Of a stretch of 64,000 bases of DNA, positions 54,899-64,000 are shown piece by piece; position 1 is the first letter of the stretch, and each line of letters begins with the position of its first letter. The position numbers and the translations under genes were made by a program. The DNA comes from the human T2T-CHM13v2.0 reference genome, Homo sapiens. The DNA lies in the NCBI RefSeq assembly GCF_009914755.1, contig NC_060933.1; one strand, given 5' to 3'. The notes under the pieces are model-generated. The model did no database searches and was not told the origin of the DNA. It saw only the letters and a program-made list of their open reading frames with translations.

Positions 54899-57007
54899 TG
54901 ATTTCAGCAGGAAGCAGATGTTTCTCAGAAGTTCTCAGAATAATCATTTGAAAGTGGAAAGTAGTATGTATATAAAGGATCTGGCTAGCGAGGCCTTATT
55001 GCATCCATGTAGGCCCAAGATGTAAGAAAATAAAGATCATGAAGAAATTACTTGACTCCTAATTTTATGACCACTCTCCTCTCATTCCACAAATGTACTT
55101 CAATTTGAAGGACAGCCTTGTTCACAAACAAAGGTGAGTTATAGAATACTTCTGTTTACCCATTAATTATCTGTTTACATGAAATACTTCACTTGCAAAG
55201 TTCCAAAAGTACAGAAAATTCTTTCTTCCTTCAGTAGATTTTATATAGTATGTGTGTGTAATGTGTAACGTGAATTGTATATAACAGAGGTGGAGGATAA
55301 ACTTCACCAATTAAACCATTTTTCACACTTCACCAACACTGTGTTGAGATGAAAAGCTTACAATGTAGAAAATGTTAAGACCAGCAATATTCTTCTCCAT
55401 CTACAATTTCAATGGCAGGTGGTTGTTTTGACATTGTCTGTGTCATTTTCTTTCTTACTTGGTAGAATATGCCATCATTTTAAGTATCAATATATGTTAT
55501 TGCTTATACAAAACAATCAGGGGATAGAAAATGATTCTAAAATAAGCATATTTTCAAGAAAAAGGCAATAAACTCAAAGGTAGCAGGAAAAATTTTAAAT
55601 GTGAGAGGAGAACAAGAGAGAAAAATAATCATCAAATTTTTTGAACTGTTAGAACACAAGTCAAGATATCTGGGCTGGCAGGAGGGGGGTTTTGAGAAGA
55701 ATGAATTGTTAATAGGAAACTTACATAAGCATATGATTTAGAAGGAAAAATTTTCAAATTTTGCACAAAGAGATGATTATGACAGTATTTCAAGCAAGCA
55801 TTTGAGTTTATGAAAATGAGTTTTTAAATGTATAGTCGTATTATACAAAACATCATTGCTAATCTGTTTTGCTTAAGATAGTGCCATCGAATACCAACAA
55901 ATTTTTAAATATTTTTGAAAACTGAAATTTGAGATTCCAAACTTTCAATATTACAGGAGATAAGTATAAGTGGGGGTTCATTGTTATCTCTAAACTTAGA
56001 AAGAATATATGGCTTCTATATTTTGATAGAATATTTGACTTACATGTACCCAGACCTGATTTCTTGAAAAGTTAGATATGGTTGATGCTCTGTCCTCCTA
56101 AAAGAAAAATAAGCTTTCCAATATTACTAATTGGAAACATGTATTTTGAAATCACTGAAAATAACAGCATTTGAAAACTTACCCATGCTATGGGTTAAAT
56201 TTTTAAAAATGCTACAGCAGTAAACTTAATTTGGAGAATTTTTTAAGTACATAAAAAGTGAAAAGAATTCACATCTTCCTCCATACTATGCCACATCTCC
56301 TGCACAAGAAGTAAATATATTCCTCTCACTCACTACAGTTCCTGGAGAATAACAAAGGCATAGAGAAAGTTATGACCATGTTTTTTAAGAATAGGATATA
56401 ATAAACATTAATCATTAATTATAGATTCTTCTTCCATGTGAAATTTAGGGTGATACCTCACTTTTGAATTTCTTTCAGGTTTATGTTTCAGTAGGAATGT
56501 CTTAGATTTAATACAGAGAGACTAGGCTTCAGGGTAGGAGCCATATCTTTCTCCTTAATTTCTTTGCCTCTGTATTTTAATTTAATATCTGTTTGTCTTA
56601 CTCAGTACATGTTTATTGAATGATTTTAAGGATGAATGAAGAAATAAGTAAATGCAAAAAATATCCTCAGCCAAAACACGAATATTCTCACCAAAGTACA
56701 ATTATTATTTTATATTATTTATTGAGTATGGCTCTACTCTCAGTATATACAAATGGTGACTTAGCCTTCCTTCCTACTTTAATAATGTATTTGACATTTA
56801 AAGATTCTCATGAATTTCAAATACACTTTGTTATTTTAAAGACTATAACCAAAATAGTTATTTTCTTGAAGTGTTTAACCTTATTTGTACATATTTTAAT
56901 TCTTGAAACATAAAATATTTGACAAACAATTTTATTAAATCATTACAACTCGATACCTTTTCGAATCAAAGACAGAAACTTACAAAATGCAATGACAGCT
57001 ATTAGGC

Positions 57008-57168
57008 CAATGATTCTCAAATGTGAGGTAGCGCAGAAATCAACTGGGGAGCAGGTTAAAAGTCCAAATTACCAAGCTCTTCTGCCAGAGATTTTGGCTC
57101 GTCTGTCATCAAGTTTTATAGTTGACTTCTGATGCAGTTGGTATAGGATCTTATTTTGAAATACACTG
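57008..57168. mobile_element. MER5-type hAT-Charlie MITE
   Basis: TIR-like ends CAATGATTCTCAAA..TTTGAAATACACTG; internal TTCTGATGCAG. Confidence 0.6.
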
Positions 57169-57199
57169 TACTACAGTGTAATTTACATGATTGCAGGTA

Positions 57200-57675
57200 T
57201 TGTGCCATGGTTTGGTTCTTCCAAGAGCTGATCTGATAGGATTCTAGTGATAGAACTTTATTTGTGGAGTGCACTTTATATGAATAAACAAAAAAGAGAG
57301 GGATGCAATAGAGGAAAGGGTTAGACCTAATAAAAGGTGGACTATTAAGATATTTTCCACAGTGGCCAACTGAAGCCTAAACCCTGAGGAGTTTCTGATA
57401 AATGTCACCATACACATGCCTCAATATTATTTCACCAACAGGGAAAGAGAACTTGGGTATTTATATCCCAACTCCTAAGAGTCATTGGTAAAGGCAAAAC
57501 CCAAGTTAAATGTAAAATCCAAGAGATATTAATTTCTCATCATTTTCAATCTGCTTGGGGAGTTTAGCAGGGCTATCTGCAGTTTGTGCACAATCGATCT
57601 TCATCACAAGTGCAGACTGGCAAGGGGAAGTCACATAGAGTACATAGTAATAATGTCCATAATACCTGAACAACA
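57200..57675 (-). mobile_element. Old ERVL (LTR16-like) LTR relic
   Basis: GGGTATTTATATCCCAACTCC..GTCATTGG and CACAGTGGCCAACTG motifs; heavily diverged. Confidence 0.45.
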
Positions 57676-58801
57676 TGGATCAGATACTGACATTGTCTAC
57701 CAGAGATTGGGTCTGTATATTTATATCTCCCTCTTTTGTGCCTAGAATACAGTAGGCAATAAATATTTTTAATATATAATGAACGAATGAAAGAAAAATC
57801 AAACCACTAGTAAGTGAAGGATTCACATTCTGTTCAAATAAAATGGGAACAGTGATTAAGGCAAAATGAAAAGCTCTGATAGCCAGGGAGCTGACAGTCA
57901 TGCACCTTAAAATACTTTTTTCTCTTATGTGATTTGTCATCATCTTAGTAGGCACTATAGAATTCTCTGTTTTGGGTTGGCACCTTCTCCTCTCACTCAT
58001 CACCTTCAGAGATATTTTCTCTAGAACTACTCCCAATAGGATGATGCAACAGACTTTAATGGAAAGCTTCATGTTACTACACAAATGTTGGCTCCTAGTG
58101 AATATCCTTCTGCCCTCCTCATTAAATATTAATTTATTTTATCTGTTTTGTCTAATCTTAATGTTTCTATAACAGCATTATTTTAAATAATCAAAAGAGC
58201 AAATAGGAAATACATCTGAAAATTTCACACTTAGAAAACAGCGCAAATAAATCTGTATCTAATTTTTTCAGTCACATGTGCATACTTTAAGACACACACT
58301 CACACAAATGTATGTATCCTTGAGTAGGGCATGTGACATGAAATCCCTTGAAATTGTTGATGCAGATAGAAAGTGGGATGGCCTTACAGAATCTCTGTCT
58401 TATCACCATGTCTCATATTTCTCATCATATCTAAAGGAATCAAGGGCACACTCTTGGAAGCTGAAAAAACTCAATATTCCAAATATCTGACTCATATTCT
58501 GCTTGGGACTTACAGGGCTTGGGGATGTATAAGCAAATAATCATGTACTCCTAAATTAAAATTCTTTCACAAGAATGTGGGAAATATTCATTTCCACACT
58601 CATACCAGTTACTTAGTTAAATGCAAGGGTTATGACTGGAAGGCTTAAAAATATCAATGAGGTAACACAGAGGTGTCAATTAGTCTAGGTGCATATTGGT
58701 GCATGGCAAATGAAAAAAAGAAGGGAGAAGTAAAGTCTTCGAATGGGACAGTATACATCTTGCATAAAGTTATTCAAATAAAGGAAATATAAAGTATGTA
58801 T

Positions 58802-58822
58802 ACACACACAAACACACACACG

Positions 58823-58862
<40 letters not shown>
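58802..58862. repeat. (CA)n(CG)5(CA)n alternating purine-pyrimidine tract
   Basis: Directly visible. Confidence 0.95.
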
Positions 58863-58864
<2 letters not shown>

Positions 58865-59319
58865 TTTTGAAGGCCAAATAAAACTTTTCAAAAACAAAGT
58901 TGCAATATTTAATTTAGGGCAAAGAGTTTTCTTCCTTAAATGAAGTAGTTTTCTAATTTTAATTTCAGATGATGTCCTTAAAGTGTAGTAATTCACAGCC
59001 ATTTTAAATTTTCTATTCTGTCATATAATTCTTCCTGCCATTTGTTGGAATGTTTTAAAGAATGTTTGTGCATTTGGACAAAATCCAGAGCTGTAAAGTT
59101 GCCTAAATGAATTACTTGTTATCTAAATATTAAGCAGCGAAACAGAAACTGCTTAATAGGACCTTAAACATTCCAGTGAGCAGGGTAAGGAAAAGTCATA
59201 ACGGATTCTCCAGTTTGTGGTCAGGCTTATTTGGAATGTAGCATAGGTGAGAGTGGACATCCAAAGGGCATTCCTTAGGTGTCTTTTGGAATAAGTATTA
59301 TGCATGGATCTAATCAAAT

Positions 59320-59820
59320 TCTAGCACCCCTTTCTTGGCAATATGATCTTTGCAAATTACTTAAACTGCTTTAGTAAGTTGCTTAAATTGCTTTGGTCAA
59401 GTATTGTGGAGATCAGTGGATATTATTTAAAGTACTTGGCACAATGCACAACACATAGTAAGCACTAAATAAACTTTGCTTTCTGTTATTTTATTATTAA
59501 CATTATTATTATGCCTGCCCCAAGACCAGTGGCACAGAATACACAGGCAACATTTAAAGAACACTTGGGAAAAGATAGAAATAATAGTAGTAGCTGACAT
59601 CTATTCAAAGATCACAATGTCTCAAGAACTGTCCAAAATGCATGAACTCATCTAATTCTTTTATCTATCCTATTTCATTTCCAATTGTACAGAAGAATCT
59701 GAGCCTCTGAGAAATGAAGCCTCTTGCTCTAGGTCAGGTAGGTAGGAATGGCAGGGCTGGCATTTAAACCCACAGAGTCTAGGGTTAGAGTCAGGCTCTT
59801 AACTAATATCCTATACTATC
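59320..59820. mobile_element. Two MIR relics in opposite orientation (~59320-59500 +, ~59590-59820 -)
   Basis: AAAGTACTTGGCACAATGC..CACATAGTAAGCACTAAATAAA and GTACAGAAGAATCTGAG..GGCAGGGCTGGCATTTAAACCCA. Confidence 0.7.
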
Positions 59821-60458
59821 TCTTGATAACAAGAAAACAGTCATTCCAGATAGGAACCAAGTGGATTAAAACGCCATTTAGGGCACATATAAAAGGAATA
59901 GCAAAAATGAATGAAAACAGAGGAGAACAGATTTATTTTCCTTAGCTACATCTGGCTCACAGTTTACACCTATAAAGAATGAAACAGGAACCAGAAATTA
60001 AATACTAGAACTGTGCTATATCAAAAGCATAAGCGTTATATCAAAAGCATAATGCTATGTTAATGAGGGTATACTTTGTTTATGACTAAATAACCTGTAT
60101 AGTTAGCTGCATAAAGCATGTTATTGGGTATGTTCTGCCACTATCGATTTGTCTTTGTTTGTTTCGTTTTCCTTTATTTCTATAATGTCCTAAGTTAAAA
60201 AATTTCCTAAGTTAAAAAATTATTCCTATATTGATTTAATAACATACTATATTGAACAGCACCTGACAATTACAGTCATTATTCTGATGTTCCACTAGAG
60301 GAATAATATTTCTTATTTATAGTATGTAACATTATATTACTCAGCGTGGGGTTTATTTACATTCATGTGTATGTATTTCCCCAAGGTTATTCTGCACTTC
60401 TTTGTCCTACGTATCATTTTCTTCAAGAGAAAACAATTTTATACACGCAGTTGTATGT

Positions 60459-60463
60459 ACACA

Positions 60464-60500
<37 letters not shown>
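60459..60500. repeat. (CA)n(GA)n compound microsatellite
   Basis: Directly visible. Confidence 0.97.
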
Positions 60501-61997
60501 GTCAAGCACACATAAAACCCAAGAGAGAAGTCAAGCACACATAAAACCCAATCTAAAACAAAACACATTTAGGGAGTATTTTTTGTTTCTCTTATTAGTA
60601 GCGTTCAGTTGTACTTTGTATCCACAAAGTTAAATTATTAGCCTAATATTGTGAATTCTTTTCTTATAAAAAAACCACAGCAAAACTTAAATTATATAAT
60701 AACATTTAACCAATTTCTTTATATTTACTAACAACCACTTTGAATACATTGTGAAAAAATATATAGATTCCATCGAATATGGAAATTTGGTCCCAGAACA
60801 TTTAGTGACTTGACCAATGGCACTGAGGAAATCGGGCTAAAACAGGATGCAGTCCAAGTCCTCAGATGCCTGGCCTACTTCTTCTCGTCTTCCCAGGACA
60901 ACAGACACAGAAGGAGCAAAGCCGTGCATTGCCAGACCAGTCCATGAATGCTTGAAGCAAAACATGCTTTTGTGGCACCACAAACGTTCTTAAAGCAGTT
61001 TTACCCACACTAAAATGAAAAACAAAAGGAACATGGGCTCTAGTCCCAAGAGAGCCATGTTTTCTAATGTTTCCATTAGAAATAAACTCTGCATTTGACT
61101 CCCTAAAGCAACATTATTATGAACATGATTTTATGTGGATAAATTACTACTGTATTTCAGCTGCACTGTGGGTTAAATAGGCTTTTGTGGGCTACACTAT
61201 AGATACTATAACCTCATATACAGCCGCTACTATAGAAAAATGAATTCTGAGTCCAAGCTAAATTTTTTTAAAATCATTAACATTGAAAATATGCCCTAGT
61301 AAAATTGTTTTACTTTCACAAGACTGAAGATTTAACTGTTACTGCTTTGGGGCAGAAATGATATTTTATTCCCATATGCGTTCCATAGGGGTATTTATTC
61401 CCACAATTTACCTATTGAAGTATCTTCCCAATAAGTAGCTTGAAATACATAAAAACTCCAATATTTGACCATTTTGAGCTGTAAAAGTAGCAATTCCATA
61501 TAGTATAATCTAATACATAAATATACAGTAGCTTAACTCTCTATTGCTGACATTTCAAGTCTTTTCTCTATTTCCCATTACACAACGGCAACACCTAACC
61601 ATACGCAGTCATATTATCCCATTGTGAACATTTTGACTAATTGTATTTATATTTAAACACTATTTATTTAGCATCTCCTATATTCCAGCCACATTCTATG
61701 TGTTTTGTGTGATAAAAGTAATACAAATTTATTGTTGACATTGCACAAAATGTAGAAAGATAGCAATAATAAATGTCATGAGTAATCGCAAAAATACACT
61801 AAGAATTTTGGAATCAGTTACTTGTTTTAAAAATATATAAAAATAGGATCACTATATGTATGCAGTTATAATTTTTAGATGTCTATATTGTGTACATTTA
61901 ACTGACACACTGTCTTTCCTATGTCATAAAGTGTTTTTGGTGTACAGACATTCCAATGCCTGATAGCACTCCATGGTATGGCTCTACCCACATCATC

Positions 61998-64000
61998 TGT
62001 ATTAGGCCACTCTTGCCTTGCTATAAATAAATGCCTGAGACTGGGTAATTTGTTTTTAAAGAGGTTTAATTGGCTCACAGTCCTGCCAGCTATATAGCAA
62101 GCATAGTGCCAGCATCTGCTTCTGGAGATGCCTCAGGAAGCTGTTTCTCATGGTGGAAGTCAGAGCAGGAGCAAAACAGGAGCTCACATGGCAAAGCAGG
62201 AGCAAGAGTCGGGGGGAGTTGCCACACACTTTAAATGATCAGATGTCATGTGAACTCAGAGCAAGAGCTCACTTATCACCAAGGTGATGGCCCCTGTGAT
62301 CTGCCCCCATGATCCAAATACTTAACCACCAGGCCCTACCTCCAAAACAGGGATTACCTTTCAACATGAGATTTGGGTAGAGACAAATATCCAAACCACA
62401 TCATTTTGCCCTCCGCCCTTGCTCCCACCCAAATCTCCTGTCCTTCTCACATTGCAAAATACAATTATAACTTCCCAATAGTCTCCCAAAATCTTAACTC
62501 CTTTCAACATTAACTGAAAAGTCCAAAGTCCAAAGTCTTATTTGAGACAAGGCAAGTCCCTTCAACCTATGAGCCTGTAAAACCGAAAACAGATTATTTA
62601 CTCCCCAGATACAATGAGGGCATAGGCATTGGGTGAGCATTTCTGTTTCAAAAGAAAGAAATCAGCCAAAAGAAAGGAGGCGGGGGCAGTCGTTAAGTGT
62701 TAAAGCTCTGAAATAACCTCCTCTGACTCCATGTCTCACATTGAGGGCACACTGTTAGAAGGGGTGGACTCCCAAAGCCTTGGGCAGCTCCACCCCTGTG
62801 GCTTTGCAAGGTTCAGCCTCCGTGGCTGCTCTCACAAGTTGTTGAGTGCCTGTGGCTTTTCCAGGCACAGGGTCCAAGCTACCAGTGAATCTACCATTCT
62901 CAGGTCTGGAGGGCAGTTTCCCCCTTCTCACAGTTCCATTAGGTGGTACCTGACTGGGGACTCTGAGTGGGGGTTCCAATCCCCCATGGTCTCCCTTGGC
63001 ATTGCCCCAGTAGTTCTCTGTGGGGGCTCTGCCCATGCAGCAGGCTTCTGCCTGGGTACCCAGGTTTTCCATACATCCTCTGAAACATAGGGGGAGGGTG
63101 ACAAGTCTCCTTCACTCTTCCACTCTGTGTGCCCACAGGCTTAATGCTACATGGAAGCCACCAAAGTTTATGGCTTGCACTCTCTGAAGCAGTGGCCTGA
63201 GCTATATTTGGGGTCCTCTGAGCCAAGGCTGGAGCTGGAGTGGCCTGGATGTGGGGAGCAGTGTGTTGAGATTGAGCAGGGCAGTGGGGCCTTTGGTCAG
63301 GCCCCTGAAACCATTCTTCCCTTATAGGTCTCAAGGCCTGTGATGGAGGGGCTGCCATGATGGTCTACGAAATGCTTTCACGGCCTGTTCCCCATTGTCC
63401 TGACTTTCAGCACTGGGCTCCCTATTAGTTATGTAAATTTCTCTAGCAAATGGTTGTTCCACAGCCTACTCGAATTCCTCTCCTGAAAAGGCTTTTACTT
63501 TCTCTGCCACATGGCCAGGCTGCACATTTTTCCAACGTTTATTCTCTGCTTACCTTTTAAATAGAAGTTACAACTTTAAGTCATTCCCTTGTTCCCGCAT
63601 ATGAGTATAGGTTGTTAGAAGTAGCTAGGCCACATTGTGAATGTTTTGATGCTTAGAAATTTGTTCTAGCAAATACCTGAAATCATTACTATGAGGTTCA
63701 AAGTTCCACAGATCTCTAGGGCATGAAAAAGTTATTTGCTAAGGTATAACATGTGACCTCTGATCCAGTCCTCAGTAAGTTCCTCATTTTCATCTGAGAC
63801 CATGTCATCCTTGACTCCATTATCTGTATCACTACCAGCATTTTTGTCACAACTATCTGACCAGTCTCTAAGAAGTTCTGAACTTTCCCTCATCTTCCTA
63901 TCTTCTTCTCAGCCCTCCAAATGCTTTCAAACTCTGTGTGTTACCCAGTTCCAAAGTCGTTTCCACATAGTCAGGTATCTTTATAGCAATGCCCCACCAA
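61998..64000 (-). mobile_element. MSTB-type MaLR: LTR 61998-62403 plus essentially complete internal region; second LTR expected just beyond the window
   Basis: TGTATTAGGCC..GACAAATATCCAAACCACATCA LTR; int ends ..GGTATCTTTATAGCAATGCCCCAC at the window edge. Confidence 0.9.

Overview
Primate (almost certainly human) AT-rich, repeat-dense intergenic DNA. No intact protein-coding gene, RNA gene or CRISPR array is supportable. The window opens inside a ~75-bp SATR1/SATR2-type satellite organised as two oppositely oriented arms around a ~300-bp AT core, plus a short re-inverted terminal block that abuts a Tigger1 3' end. The rest is a nested mosaic of L1 (L1PB, L1PA, L1MA, L1ME), Alu, MaLR (THE1/MST/MLT1), MER9, L2, L3/CR1, MIR and hAT relics. 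The only gene-derived sequence is a 5'-truncated, 5'-inverted (twin-primed) processed pseudogene of AKAP8 (probably AKAP8P1, recalled at 9p23; not verified) inside an old L1. The most interesting signals are structural: the fold-back satellite architecture with co-varying hairpins, a perfect 39-bp inverted templated insertion in an old L1, several template-switch palindromes, two twin-priming events, and a MER9 LTR pointing into the antisense-oriented AKAP8 copy. Repeat subfamily names come from recalled consensus sequences and need RepeatMasker/Dfam confirmation.
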